DNA of 40,324 nucleotides from a virus (Duplodnaviria > Heunggongvirae > Uroviricota > Caudoviricetes), in the IMG/VR virus record IMGVR_UViG_2872169409_000001; one strand, 5' to 3'. The position numbers were made by a program, and so were the translations under genes. The notes below the pieces were generated by a model that did no database searches, was not told the origin of the DNA, and worked only from the letters and a program-made list of their open reading frames with translations. The number at the start of each line of letters is the position of its first letter. Positions within the stretch are counted from its first letter, which is position 1. Below are positions 1 through 10,484 of the stretch, in pieces.

Positions 1-400
1 ATCACTACCTCCAAAGCATGAGTGAGATGACAACGTAACATTGATTGGAGATTAACAATAGATTGCTGATGTAAAAGATATGTATAAGCTTCGCTTTCAA
101 AGTGGAGGCTCTGGTAGTGGCATCCAGTGGGTTACATTGCTAATCAGACCATATTCATTAGTTTGAGGATGGTTGCCGTTATCGTCTCCGTATTTAAGAC
201 TCTCCATAAAACCATAATGCTTATTCCCATTAACGCTCACAAAGCCGTAATAAGCTGGTATAACGCCGATCTCACACGTAATCAGCAAAGGAAAACTAGT
301 TCTCCAATTTAGCTCGCCGATTACAGGCATTCTCTCACTACAGCTTATCCAACTATCCTGAGTTACCGGAGAGTTGCGCATTGCGACCTTGGATTTGCCC

Positions 401-1306
401 CTATATTTCCAGACATCTGTTATCACTTAACCCATTACAAGCCCGCTGCCGCAGATATTCCCGTGGCGAGCGATAACCCAGCGCACTATGCGGATGCCAT
501 TCGTTATAATGCTCGAACGCCTCTGCAAGGTTCTTTGCTGCCGTTAACCCGTCTGGTTTGGGCATGATACTGATGTAGTCACGCTTTATCGTTTTCACGA
601 AGCTCTCTGCTATTCCGTTACTCTCCGGACTCCGCACCGCCGTGTTCTTCGGTTCAAGTCCCAACATCCGGGCGAACTGGCGTGTTTCATTAGCCCGGTA
701 GCATGAACCATTATCCGTCAGCCACTCCACTGGAGACGACGGAAGATCGTTGCCGAAGCGGCGTTCCACCGCTCCCAGCATGACGTCCTGTACTGTTTCA
801 CTGTTGAAGCCGCCGGTAGTCACCGCCCAGTGCAGTGCCTCACGATCACAGCAGTCCAGCGCGAACGTGACACGCAGTCTCTCTCCGTTATCACAGCAGA
901 ACTCGAACCCGTCAGAGCACCATCGCTGATTGCTTTCTTTCACGGCCACTCTGCCTGTATGTGCCCGTTTCGATGGCGGTACAGCAGGTTTTCGCTCAAG
1001 CAACAGCGCATTCTGGCGCATGAGCCGGTAAACACGTTTGGCATTGATCGCAGGCATACCATCAAGTTCTGCCTGTCTGCGAAGCAGCGCCCATACCCGA
1101 CGATAACCATACGTGGGCAGCTCTCCGATAACATGGTGTATACGGAGAAGCACATCCGTATCATCAGTGTGACGACTGCGGCGGCCATCCATCCAGTCAT
1201 CGGTTCGTCTGAGAATGACGTGCAACTGCGCACGCGACACCCGGAGACAACGGCTGACTAAGCTTACTCCCCATCCCCGGGCAATAAGGGCGCGTGCGCT
1301 ATCCAC
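401..1306 (-). CDS. insD: IS2 InsD (orfB, DDE transposase), expressed as InsCD fusion by -1 frameshift at A AAA AAG (about 1306..1313)
   Basis: Track ORF 401..1306, 301 aa, recognised as IS2 orfB; slippery CAAAAAAG on minus strand at orfA/orfB overlap. Confidence 0.9.
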
Positions 1307-1629
1307 TTTTTTGCCCGTCCATATTCAACGGCTTCTTTGAGGAGTTCATTTTCCATCGTTTTCTTGCCGAGCAGGCGCTGGAGTTCTTTAATCTGCTTCA
1401 TGGCGGCAGCAAGTTCAGAGGCAGGAACAACCTGTTCTCCGGCGGCCACAGCAGTAAGACTTCCTTCCTGGTATTGCTTACGCCAGAGAAATAACTGGCT
1501 GGCTGCTACACCATGTTGCCGGGCAACGAGGGAGACCGTCATCCCCGGTTCAAAGCTCTGCTGAACAATTGCGATCTTTTCCTGTGTGGTACGCCGTCTG
1601 CGTTTCTCCGGCCCTAAGACATCAATCAT
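1264..1629 (-). CDS. insC: IS2 InsC (orfA, HTH regulator/transposase N-terminal part)
   Basis: ATG at 1629 (index 15 of track ORF 1264..1674); sequence recognised as IS2 orfA. Confidence 0.9.
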
Positions 1630-2318
1630 CTGTTCTCCAATGACTAGTCTAAAAACTAGTATTAAGACTATCACTTAAATAAGTGATACTGGTTGTCTGG
1701 AGATTCAGGGGGCCAGTCTAGACCTTTAATGCCTCATAGAAGCAACCTTTCAGATTGTTGAACTGACGCCCATTTAGCAGGCCGTGTTCAGTCAGCATGT
1801 TGTGTAATTTCCATGCCGCGTCGTTTACTTCGCTGGATGACAGGGGAGGCAACTTGTAAGTTTGGCTTACAGTTTCGGCACCATGAAGCATGGCGTCGCT
1901 CCGCTCTATGCCATCCAGCGCGATTCGCAGTGCCTGAATTGTGGTAGAGCTATCGTTTGGGGCTATTCCATATCGCTCGAATACAGCTAAATGGTTGCGC
2001 ATAATCTCAGGCGTAAGCTCTTTGTAAGCATAAGCAAGAGGCTCTGATGCATTATCCGGCACAACCGACGCAGGCGCGGCAGCATAAACAGGAATAACGT
2101 CCGCTTGCTCTTTATTGCTTTCATCCGTTAAAGCCCAGAATAATTTCCCGGCAGGATGTTTGAAAATATAAGCAACTGGTTCTGCTTCCAGCGATGCCAG
2201 AGCAATTCGTGCCAGTTCTTCCGCTTCTTCTGCTGGCAGTTCAACGTTGCTACCAGGTCCGTATGTTTCGCGCCACTGCTTGATTGTCAGTAGTCGCTCT
2301 TTGGTCATAGTGGTCATA

Positions 2319-3047
2319 TCACTCTCCTTTGATGCGAAAGCCAGCTGCGCTTGCTGATTCTTCATATGCGCGTTTAGCAGCGTTAAGGATTGCTGCCAGT
2401 GGCGTATAGCCGCCATCCATTCGGATTGTGTTGTGGATGCCAGCCATTGTGTTGCGCAATTTTCTGTGGCTAGCAGACAGTTCTGCTATGCGCTTCTCTG
2501 CGGCTTCCAGCTTCTCGCGCATATCGTCAACGTACTCGACCAGAGAACCGCCAGCAGGAATTTCGCACTCCTCGACCAGTTGGAAGTAGATATCAGCTGC
2601 GGCCCGTGTGTTGCTATGCCTAGCGTCGCCCATCTCACCTTCACGAAGAGCATCGCGTTCGGCGGTAAGATTGGCTATTTTGCTGTCTTTGCCTTCCAGC
2701 TCAACGCGCAGCTTCCCTACCGTTAGCGCAATTTCCTCGTTCTCCTGATCGCGGCGTTTTATGTATTGCTGGTTTCTTTCCAGCTCATCCAGCAGTGCCA
2801 GCACGGTAGCTGGACTGGCTGCGGCGATGAATTCAGCATTGGCCTGCTGTTCCATTTGGAAATCTTCATCGAAACCGCTTTCAGGATGCGCTCCTTCAAT
2901 TCTGCAAATGGGAATATATCCAGCAGCCTCGCGATGAATTAGGGCATCATCACCATCAAATCGGCTCTCTCCATATTCGAGCGACCACTCACCACACGTT
3001 GCTTTCTCTGCCTTGGCACGCAGTGCCTGATAGTCAATCTTGCTCAC
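2319..3047 (-). CDS. Ea22-like coiled-coil early protein
   Basis: Track ORF 2319..3239; probable GTG start at 3047 preceded by AAGGAGG; coiled-coil, early-left position. Confidence 0.5.
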   Translation of the reverse strand: MSKIDYQALRAKAEKATCGEWSLEYGESRFDGDDALIHREAAGYIPICRIEGAHPESGFDEDFQMEQQANAEFIAAASPATVLALLDELERNQQYIKRRDQENEEIALTVGKLRVELEGKDSKIANLTAERDALREGEMGDARHSNTRAAADIYFQLVEECEIPAGGSLVEYVDDMREKLEAAEKRIAELSASHRKLRNTMAGIHNTIRMDGGYTPLAAILNAAKRAYEESASAAGFRIKGE

Positions 3048-3267
3048 TGTTTGCCTCCTTTGCTCGCTGATTCCACTCTGCTCTAACCTCTGAATAAAAA
3101 ATCGCGCAGTCATTTCCAGGCGCTGCATATTTGCTACCAGATTGAGCGCGACACGTACCGCATCGAACGAAATAGAATCGACCGCCAGAGCCATATTCAG
3201 GGTGATCTGCTTCGCTGGCAACGTGCGCTGCACCGCCACAGAATGGACATGGTAGTAGGTTGCTCAT
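3034..3267 (-). CDS. Lar-like restriction-alleviation protein (small Cys-rich, CPFCGG...CGTC)
   Basis: Track ORF 3034..3300, ATG at index 11; CPFCGG and VRCGTC zinc-ribbon-like motifs. Confidence 0.5.
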   Translation of the reverse strand: MSNLLPCPFCGGAAHVASEADHPEYGSGGRFYFVRCGTCRAQSGSKYAAPGNDCAIFYSEVRAEWNQRAKEANSEQD

Positions 3268-3824
3268 GAATGCACTCCCTTGTGAAGCTGTTCCGCACAA
3301 TGCAGCAGGGCGTCAGTCGCCTCTTTCACCGTAACGCAGTCGCCATCGTCCAGCCCGGACACCGACGCGTGCTTAACGAACGCCGCGCAAAGGTCATCAA
3401 ACGCCTTAGCCCGGACTTCAGTCAGGAAAGCATCGGTGGCTGGGGTGTCTGATTGCATAGACTTTGCGCGATAGTCATTCCACCCTCTTGCATACATGGG
3501 ATTAACTTGCACTCCATCTTTTACGCAATATGCCTGCCCTCCACGGTTGATAACCTTGATTTCGTCCATAGCGCCAGACTTCAGCCCCGCATTCTCCGCT
3601 GCCAGTGCCGAAAACTTCTCGTGTGCCAACTTAACAGCCGAATCAGCCTGCTTAATTGACTCAATCGCTTTCTGTTGGTCTTCGGCCAGCGCCAAAATCT
3701 TGGCCTCCGCTTCAGCAAATTTACGCACCAGATATTCAGCGTTTGTTTCGTTAACATTTAAATCTCGTGGGATGCATTTACCTTTCAGAAAACCATCCAT
3801 CTCAATTAGTGACATTTGTTTCAT
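3264..3824 (-). CDS. Hypothetical early protein (186 aa)
   Basis: Track ORF 3264..3842; ATG at 3824 overlaps upstream stop (ATGA). Confidence 0.5.
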   Translation of the reverse strand: MKQMSLIEMDGFLKGKCIPRDLNVNETNAEYLVRKFAEAEAKILALAEDQQKAIESIKQADSAVKLAHEKFSALAAENAGLKSGAMDEIKVINRGGQAYCVKDGVQVNPMYARGWNDYRAKSMQSDTPATDAFLTEVRAKAFDDLCAAFVKHASVSGLDDGDCVTVKEATDALLHCAEQLHKGVHS

Positions 3825-3985
3825 TTCTTCCCACTCCGCCACATCGCATTCAGATATTTGTTTTGATTCACTGATGGAAACGAGTTTCGCTTAAGCAATT
3901 CCTCTCTCGATGGCATTGGCTTTACGCGTTGGCGAATAATCATTTCTGCCGGAAGAATGCCGGGATTGTATGCAAGTCCTCTCAT
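3821..3985 (-). CDS. Small hypothetical protein (54 aa; start uncertain, alternatives 4003 or 4018)
   Basis: Track ORF 3821..4138; ATG at 3985 has GAGGAA 8 nt upstream. Confidence 0.3.
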   Translation of the reverse strand: MRGLAYNPGILPAEMIIRQRVKPMPSREELLKRNSFPSVNQNKYLNAMWRSGKK

Positions 3986-3995
3986 GGTAAATTCC

Positions 3996-4292
3996 TCAGT
4001 CATTACTGATAGCGCCATAGCGTGATCGATAATTACGCAGACGCGGGTCGATATATTCAGGGAAGTGGGTATATGTGGCTTTGCGGAATGGTCGGATTGA
4101 TGTCTGGTAAATTCGCTCGCGTTCTTCTTTCTCTGCAAGCCATATACAGTGGCGAAATTCCTTTTCCTCTTTCGTTTCCTGCGGTAGCGACATTATCCGA
4201 TCGTAGTTTTTTCTGAATTTATCCAGCACCTCCGATACGGAATTGCCGGAACAGCGGCGCGGGTCATCCGCACCATACAGAGGCGCTGGCAT
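3996..4292 (-). CDS. Hypothetical 98-aa early protein downstream of the recombination genes
   Basis: ATG at 4292 with CAGGAG RBS; position after erf/ssb/exo. Confidence 0.55.
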   Translation of the reverse strand: MPAPLYGADDPRRCSGNSVSEVLDKFRKNYDRIMSLPQETKEEKEFRHCIWLAEKEERERIYQTSIRPFRKATYTHFPEYIDPRLRNYRSRYGAISND

Positions 4293-4308
4293 GTTTTTCT
4301 CCTGTTGA

Positions 4309-4857
4309 TTATTTAGCTAACTTTTTCCAGATCGCTGAAACGTATTTGGCTTGGTGAATGGCATCATCAAGAGCGTTGTGGCGAGTTCCTTTGAATGGCA
4401 TATCTCGCTTAGGGTCGAATCCTATTGCCTTCCCAAGTTCGACGATTGTTCTTACGTCGCGGTCATTCCACCACTGCCACGGAACTGGCTGCCCTGTCAG
4501 CGAATAACTGTTGCGGAGAATAACGCAGTCAAATGATGCTCCATTCCCCCAAACCTGAACGAATTTGTGGTTAGCGTTCTTTATGATGAATTCAGATAAC
4601 CATGAAAGAGCCGTTGAAAGCTCCTGAGTGTTGCTGGTTAGCGATTTCCTGGCTTCTTCACTCTGTTCCAGCCACCATAAAATCGTTGAAGCGTCAGGAC
4701 GCGCTCGATATCGCATTGATGATTCAAGCGAGATATTTACCGAGAACTCTTCTCCTGTTTCTCCGGTATTCGGGTCAAAGAATACCGCCCCAATAGAAAT
4801 AACTGGCGCGTATGGCCCGTTGCCCATTGTTTCAAGGTCAACCATCAAGTGATTCAT
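4309..4857 (-). CDS. DnaQ-like DEDDh 3-prime to 5-prime exonuclease
   Basis: MVDLETMG N-terminal Exo I motif, H..ALDD Exo III motif near C-terminus; AAGGA RBS. Confidence 0.75.
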   Translation of the reverse strand: MNHLMVDLETMGNGPYAPVISIGAVFFDPNTGETGEEFSVNISLESSMRYRARPDASTILWWLEQSEEARKSLTSNTQELSTALSWLSEFIIKNANHKFVQVWGNGASFDCVILRNSYSLTGQPVPWQWWNDRDVRTIVELGKAIGFDPKRDMPFKGTRHNALDDAIHQAKYVSAIWKKLAK

Positions 4858-4865
4858 GTAAGTCC

Positions 4866-5381
4866 TTAAATTGCGTGAATAGCGTGACGAGGGAAGGGGA
4901 GAGTTACTGGTGCAAAGGGGATATCGTCGTCAAAATCCATAGGTGGTTCGCTGTGATTTCCCTGCTGCTGAGGTTGCTGTCTTTGTTGCTGACCATTATT
5001 TCGCTGAGGTGAAGACTGTTCATTGCCTCCTTGCTTGCCACCAAGCATTTGCATGGTTCCACCAACGCCCACGATGACTTCGGTAGTGAACCGATCCTGT
5101 CCGCTTTGATCCTGCCATTTTCTTGTCCGCAATTTGCCTTCAAGATAAACCTCAGAGCCTTTTCGCAGATATTCGCTGGCAATTTCTGCCAGTTTCCCGC
5201 TCATTACCACGCGGTGCCACTCCGTCTGCTCCTTTTGCTCTCCAGTTTTCTTATCACGCCATTGTTCTGACGTAGCAACGGTAAGGTTTGCAAATGCCGT
5301 TCCTGATGGTGAATATCTGATTTCTGGATCATGCCCAAGGCGACCAATAATGATCACCTTATTTACGCCTCTGCTTGCCAT
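4866..5381 (-). CDS. ssb: Single-stranded DNA-binding protein (OB fold, Q/G-rich tail, C-terminal DDDIPF)
   Basis: Strong similarity to bacterial/phage SSB as recalled; acidic C-terminal tip. Confidence 0.9.
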   Translation of the reverse strand: MASRGVNKVIIIGRLGHDPEIRYSPSGTAFANLTVATSEQWRDKKTGEQKEQTEWHRVVMSGKLAEIASEYLRKGSEVYLEGKLRTRKWQDQSGQDRFTTEVIVGVGGTMQMLGGKQGGNEQSSPQRNNGQQQRQQPQQQGNHSEPPMDFDDDIPFAPVTLPFPRHAIHAI

Positions 5382-6089
5382 TTATGCCGCCTGTTTTAGT
5401 TCGTTAACTCTGATGTTCATTACCTGAACGCATTTAGCCTGCGCCTCCTCGTTGCCAGCCATTAATTGCCAGTCACGCTGATAACGCTCGATGAGTTTTT
5501 TCTTGTCAGTTTCTGTTGACGCATAATCGCTGAAGTCTTTCAGGATTTGTTCGCAGTCAACCGATGGAGATTTCTGGTTGGTATTTTCTGGTGATGGTTT
5601 GTTATCTGATGCTGGGATTGCCCATCCCGGCAGCGATGGAGGGAGCCAGTAAAATCCTGTTCCATCCTTGAGTTTTGCCCTGTGCCATCCCTGCTTTTTA
5701 TCGAGAGATGTTTGTGCAAAACCTTCCTCAAGGTTATACAGATACCGACCGATCCCCCACTGAACGGCAGCGCGCTTCATTGCACCGGAACGACCACCTT
5801 TGACGGCTTCTACCTGCGTGTTTTCAGCAGCATCCCATTTGGTTACCCATTCGGAATCAATCCTGATTGATATGCCGCATTCAACGCCTCCGTTGTTGGG
5901 AATATCGCGGTATTCATTGCGCCATCCTGCTTTGCCGCAAACATCGTCCAGGCGTTTCATGATTGCCCGGTTCGTGACATAAGCCAGCACCATAGCCCAC
6001 ACTTTGCCATCGCGTGTTTTACCGCTTTGCTGTATTCGCCATTCGATATCTTCAGGGCTGAATGGCTTATCGAATTTATTCAAATCCAT
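5382..6089 (-). CDS. Single-strand annealing recombinase, Erf-like
   Basis: Immediately upstream of ssb with stop-start junction TAA-ATG; C-terminal region resembles P22 Erf as recalled; GAGGTG RBS. Confidence 0.55.
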   Translation of the reverse strand: MDLNKFDKPFSPEDIEWRIQQSGKTRDGKVWAMVLAYVTNRAIMKRLDDVCGKAGWRNEYRDIPNNGGVECGISIRIDSEWVTKWDAAENTQVEAVKGGRSGAMKRAAVQWGIGRYLYNLEEGFAQTSLDKKQGWHRAKLKDGTGFYWLPPSLPGWAIPASDNKPSPENTNQKSPSVDCEQILKDFSDYASTETDKKKLIERYQRDWQLMAGNEEAQAKCVQVMNIRVNELKQAA

Positions 6090-6097
6090 AATTCACC

Positions 6098-6268
6098 TCA
6101 GAATGGACATGGCCCAAGGAAATAACGCTGGTTTAATACTTCGACTCTGGACAAATTAAGGCATACCCGCATTCCTTCGCGGTCACCATTATGGCGATAC
6201 CAGAGAGCTTTCTGCGTGTACATGCGTCTCTGTAACTTGCTCTCCTTCACTGTGGTTGCAAGTGACAT
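6098..6268 (-). CDS. Small basic ORF (56 aa) with strong AAGGAG RBS; overlaps an alternative 52-aa ORF (6189..6347)
   Basis: Read by eye; not in ORF track because under 60 aa. Confidence 0.3.
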   Translation of the reverse strand: MSLATTVKESKLQRRMYTQKALWYRHNGDREGMRVCLNLSRVEVLNQRYFLGPCPF

Positions 6269-6343
6269 GAATATCTCCTTCGTTACCGATTAATTCTTTC
6301 ATATGACGAATGAATTCTTCGTCTGACCAGTTATCTGTAAAAC

Positions 6344-6496
6344 TCATTTCCTGCGACACCACGGAAGGTTGATAGCTGATTTCATCGCTTTATTTGCTTC
6401 AAGCCACATTTTTGAATCACCAATAAATCTGGCTATTACTGCTTTGTTCTGTGCAGCACGAAGCATCTGATGATTTATGGCTATTTCATTGCGCAT
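6344..6496 (-). CDS. Kil-like host cell-division inhibitor (50 aa)
   Basis: ARFIGDSKMWLEA segment resembles lambda Kil ATFIGDEKMFREA as recalled; GAGG RBS; position between N and the recombination genes. Confidence 0.45.
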   Translation of the reverse strand: MRNEIAINHQMLRAAQNKAVIARFIGDSKMWLEANKAMKSAINLPWCRRK

Positions 6497-6636
6497 AATA
6501 AGACCTCAACTCTTTTCCATCCGTCACGTAATTTACGGGTGATTCGTTCAAGTAAAGATTCATTTAGTTGGAAGGCACCCATGCGAGCGCCTCCCGCGAT
6601 TGCGTAAATCATGGGTGGTTCCTTATGTTGGTTTTA

Positions 6637-7605
6637 TTAGTAGGTTATTTTTGTTGCGAATACTTCGCCTTTTACGATGGCTGTTATGATATTTTTAGCA
6701 ACATCTTCTGATGCACCAACCTTGATAAGGTCAGCAAGTATTTTGTTATTTACTTCTTTCCGGTGAGCTTTATCCTTTGCTCTACGCTCTTCTTCTTCCT
6801 TGATTCTTTTTTCTTCTGCTATTCTGGCTTGCTCTTTTGCTTCAGCATCGCGACGGATTCGTTCAGCCTCCTCCTGTGCTTTTCTGCGTTCTGCTTCAAT
6901 TGCTGCCTGCTTTTCTCTTTCAGCTCGTTCTGCTGCCTCTTTTGCTTCGCGCTGTGCTCGCTGCTCGGCTTCAATGCGTTCACGCTCTGCACGTTCCGCT
7001 GCGGCCTTAGCTTCTGCTTCTCGCCTTGCTGCTGCTTCAATTTCGGCTTTTGCCTTTGCTTCGGCTTCTGCTCTGGCTTTCTCTTCAGCTTCTCTTTTTA
7101 AGCGTTCTTCATGCTCTCGCTTTTCCTGCTCCGCTTTGAGTCTTGCCTCTTCTCTTTGGCGGTCAAATTCGCGATCCATCAAAATAGCTATTTCATGGTC
7201 AGACTCAATTTGCTTTGCGAGAGCTTCAGCTGCTGCCTTAGCTTCTTCTTCGGCTTTAATCCGCGCCTGTTCTTCCTCATAATCAGTAAGAGGCTGGCGC
7301 GCCTTGGCTTTCAGTTCATCAAGGCGATCGCGCACTGTCTTGCGGTTAGCATCAATTAGCTTTGGAATTTCCTTCAGTTCAGCAACAAGGTCTTTGCCAA
7401 GACCATCGAGATATGTTTTCGTCTGCGCAACTTTATACGCCAGAGAAGCGATCTCCTTTCTGCCCTTTGCCGTTGTGATATCAGGCACAAAGGACATAAC
7501 TTCACGTTCAACCTTTTGAAGGATTTCTTCAATCTGGTCGGCAGACTGAAATACAGTCATTGCATTTGCTTTTTCAATAACAACTAAATCTGTTACTTCA
7601 CTCAT
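6637..7605 (-). CDS. 322-aa protein with globular N-terminus and long E/A/K/R-rich low-complexity helical region
   Basis: Track ORF 6637..7659; ATG at 7605 with GGAGGA RBS; repeated EAEAKAKAE/AERAERE tracts. Confidence 0.6.
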   Translation of the reverse strand: MSEVTDLVVIEKANAMTVFQSADQIEEILQKVEREVMSFVPDITTAKGRKEIASLAYKVAQTKTYLDGLGKDLVAELKEIPKLIDANRKTVRDRLDELKAKARQPLTDYEEEQARIKAEEEAKAAAEALAKQIESDHEIAILMDREFDRQREEARLKAEQEKREHEERLKREAEEKARAEAEAKAKAEIEAAARREAEAKAAAERAERERIEAEQRAQREAKEAAERAEREKQAAIEAERRKAQEEAERIRRDAEAKEQARIAEEKRIKEEEERRAKDKAHRKEVNNKILADLIKVGASEDVAKNIITAIVKGEVFATKITY

Positions 7606-7615
7606 ATATCCTCCG

Positions 7616-7644
7616 TCAAAAAAATTGCCCTCACACTGGAGGGC
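7616..7644 (-). terminator. Rho-independent terminator-like hairpin (GCCCTC-loop-GAGGGC then U7) just upstream of the 322-aa gene
   Basis: Stem 7627..7632 / 7639..7644; U-run on minus strand. Confidence 0.5.
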
Positions 7645-7761
7645 AAAGAAGATTTCCAATAATCAGAACAAGTCGGCTCCTGTTTAGTTACGAGCGACAT
7701 TGCTCCGTGTATTCACTCGTTGGAATGAATACACAGTGCAGTGTTTATTCTGTTGTTTATG

Positions 7762-7790
7762 CCAAAAATAAAGGCCACCGTCAGGCAGCC
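7762..7790 (-). terminator. Rho-independent terminator-like hairpin after the Ral-like gene (tL-type)
   Basis: 7-bp stem with two G.U pairs, UGAC loop, then UUUAUUUUU on minus strand. Confidence 0.5.
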
Positions 7791-7981
7791 TTGTTGTTCA
7801 GTTTACCAAGTTCTCTGGCAATCATTGCCGTCGTTCGTATTGCCCATTTATCGACATATTTCCCATCTTCCATTACAGGAAACATTTCTTCAGGCTTAAC
7901 CATGCATTCCGATTGCAGCTTGCATCCATTGCATCGCTTGAATTGTCCACACCATTGATTTTTATCAATGGTCGTAGTCAT
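7781..7981 (-). CDS. Ral-like restriction-alleviation protein (66 aa, four Cys)
   Basis: Size and position just downstream of N match lambda ral as recalled; CGQFKRCNGCKLQSEC cluster. Confidence 0.5.
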   Translation of the reverse strand: MTTTIDKNQWCGQFKRCNGCKLQSECMVKPEEMFPVMEDGKYVDKWAIRTTAMIARELGKLNNKAA

Positions 7982-8059
7982 ACGGATAGTCCTGGTATTG
8001 TTCCATCACATCCTGAGGATGCTCTTCGAACTCTTCAAATTCTTCTTCCATATATCACC

Positions 8060-8386
8060 TCAAATAAGTGGTTTGCTGCCTAATTTCATTTTCTGGCGAC
8101 CAACACAAGTCACACCCATTTCACTGCGTGGCTTGCTGTACCATGTGCGCTGATTCTTGCGCTCAATACGCTGCAGGTTGCTTTCAATCTGTTCGTGGTA
8201 TTCAGCCAGCACCGTAAGGTCTATCGGATTCAGTGCGCTTTCTACTCGTGATTTCGGTTTGCGATTCAGCGAGAGAATAGGGCGGTTAACTGGTTTTGCG
8301 CTTACCCCAACCAACAGGGGATTTGCTGCTTTCCATTGAGCCTGTTTCTCTGCGCGACGTTCGCGGCGGCGTGTTTGAGAGTCCAT
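8060..8386 (-). CDS. N: Antitermination protein N (lambda type)
   Basis: MDSQTRRRERRAEKQAQWKAANPL... nearly identical to lambda N as recalled, including arginine-rich motif. Confidence 0.95.
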   Translation of the reverse strand: MDSQTRRRERRAEKQAQWKAANPLLVGVSAKPVNRPILSLNRKPKSRVESALNPIDLTVLAEYHEQIESNLQRIERKNQRTWYSKPRSEMGVTCVGRQKMKLGSKPLI

Positions 8387-8427
8387 ATATCATCCTCAGA
8401 TAAATGGCCCCTCAGCGGGGCCGACAG

Positions 8428-8556
8428 TTATTGGCAGGTTGCGTACTTGCTGATGCAGGAGAAGATTTCCACGATTCGCGTCATTGTTGTTTCAGGACGC
8501 TTTGCTTCATCACGCATTGACTTCAACCAAGCCATAAAGTGTTCGTTATGTTTCAT
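8428..8556 (-). CDS. Small ORF (42 aa) between nutL leader and N, using the lambda-N-type RBS GACAGGAG
   Basis: Read by eye; followed by GGCCCC-TCAGC-GGGGCC hairpin (8406..8422) and a new RBS for N. Confidence 0.35.
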   Translation of the reverse strand: MKHNEHFMAWLKSMRDEAKRPETTMTRIVEIFSCISKYATCQ

Positions 8557-8823
8557 GTTCATCTCCTGTCAGTTAGCTTTGGTGGTGTGGTGGCTGGTAG
8601 TCTAGCTCCAGCTTGTTGAGTCTCATTCGGAGGGGTATAACCGGCACCCCAGCGATTTTTCCATGCGACAACGTGCGCGTTATGGCGGCCTTATCGCCCG
8701 CGGCTCCCCATCTCGTCCACGCTATTGCTAGCGTTGGGAGCGCTTCACCGCTCAACAGTAGGTAAGCACTTGCCAGTGACTAGCTGGCTTCACCACACCC
8801 CAAAGCCTTCTGCTTTGAATGCT

Positions 8824-8854
8824 GCCCTTCTTCAGGGCTTAATTTTTAAGAGCC
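8824..8854 (-). promoter_or_regulatory. nutL (boxA-like GGCTCTTAA plus boxB GCCCTGAAGAAGGGC)
   Basis: boxB matches lambda nutL exactly as recalled; boxA differs at one base. Confidence 0.8.
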
Positions 8855-8898
8855 TCACCTTCATGGTGGTCAGTGCGTCCTGCTGATGGCTTAAAATT

Positions 8899-8966
8899 AC
8901 AAGAAAGATTGTATGTTGTAAACAAGAAATATTGTAAAAAGGGGCGTGAAAAACAAACTCCATTGT
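8899..8966. promoter_or_regulatory. OL operators of phage 434 type (three ACAAnnnnnnTTGT sites) with pL
   Basis: ACAAGAAAGATTGT 8899..8912, ACAAGAAATATTGT 8922..8935, ACAAACTCCATTGT 8953..8966. Confidence 0.85.
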
Positions 8967-9015
8967 TTTTAAATGAAAAATAGTTTGTTTTTGGTTATCG
9001 AGATTGAGGTGGGGA

Positions 9016-10368
<1,353 letters not shown>

Positions 10369-10376
10369 GACATTCC

Positions 10377-10408
10377 CGCTCTTACACATCCCAGCCCTGA
10401 AAAAGGGC
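10377..10408 (+). promoter_or_regulatory. nutR (boxA CGCTCTTACACAT, boxB GCCCTGAAAAAGGGC)
   Basis: Matches lambda nutR as recalled; directly after cro stop. Confidence 0.8.
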
Positions 10409-10484
10409 ATTACCAGAAACAAATCTCTATGGTTTTGCGTTTCTTTGCGAAGCCAACTCTATCTAATCATTAAGGAAATTATCT

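Larger units (their letters stand above)
390..1720. mobile_element. IS2 (IS3 family), intact 1331 bp with terminal inverted repeats and 5-bp GACCT target duplication (385..389 and 1721..1725)
   Basis: Ends TGGATTTGCCCCTATATTTCCAGACA at 390 and TGTCTGGAGATTCAGGGGGCCAGTCTA ending 1720; contains orfA/orfB with A6G frameshift motif. Confidence 0.95.
97..2317 (-). pseudogene. Early-left gene with DUF551-like C-terminus (Ead-like), split by IS2 insertion
   Basis: ORF 1721..2317 (RBS AAGGAG before ATG at 2317) and ORF 97..389 share one frame once IS2 (390..1720) and one GACCT copy are removed; C-terminal W...HWMPLPEPP motif recalled as DUF551. Confidence 0.8.

Noticed and set aside
3238..6123. 14-bp exact repeat CAGAATGGACATGG at about 3238 and about 6110
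   Set aside because: A few exact 14-mer repeats are expected by chance in 40 kb; both copies sit at unrelated gene boundaries.
6763..7359. Several plus-strand ORFs (112-160 aa) rich in Ser/Ala/Cys/Phe
   Set aside because: Antisense translation of the repetitive E/A/K/R-coding region; low-complexity artefacts.
8336..8755. Plus-strand 89-aa ORF and minus-strand 60-aa ORF in the N leader
   Set aside because: Both overlap nut-proximal structured leader sequence, have non-ATG or unsupported starts and no RBS; the 42-aa ORF with the lambda-N-type RBS is the better candidate.
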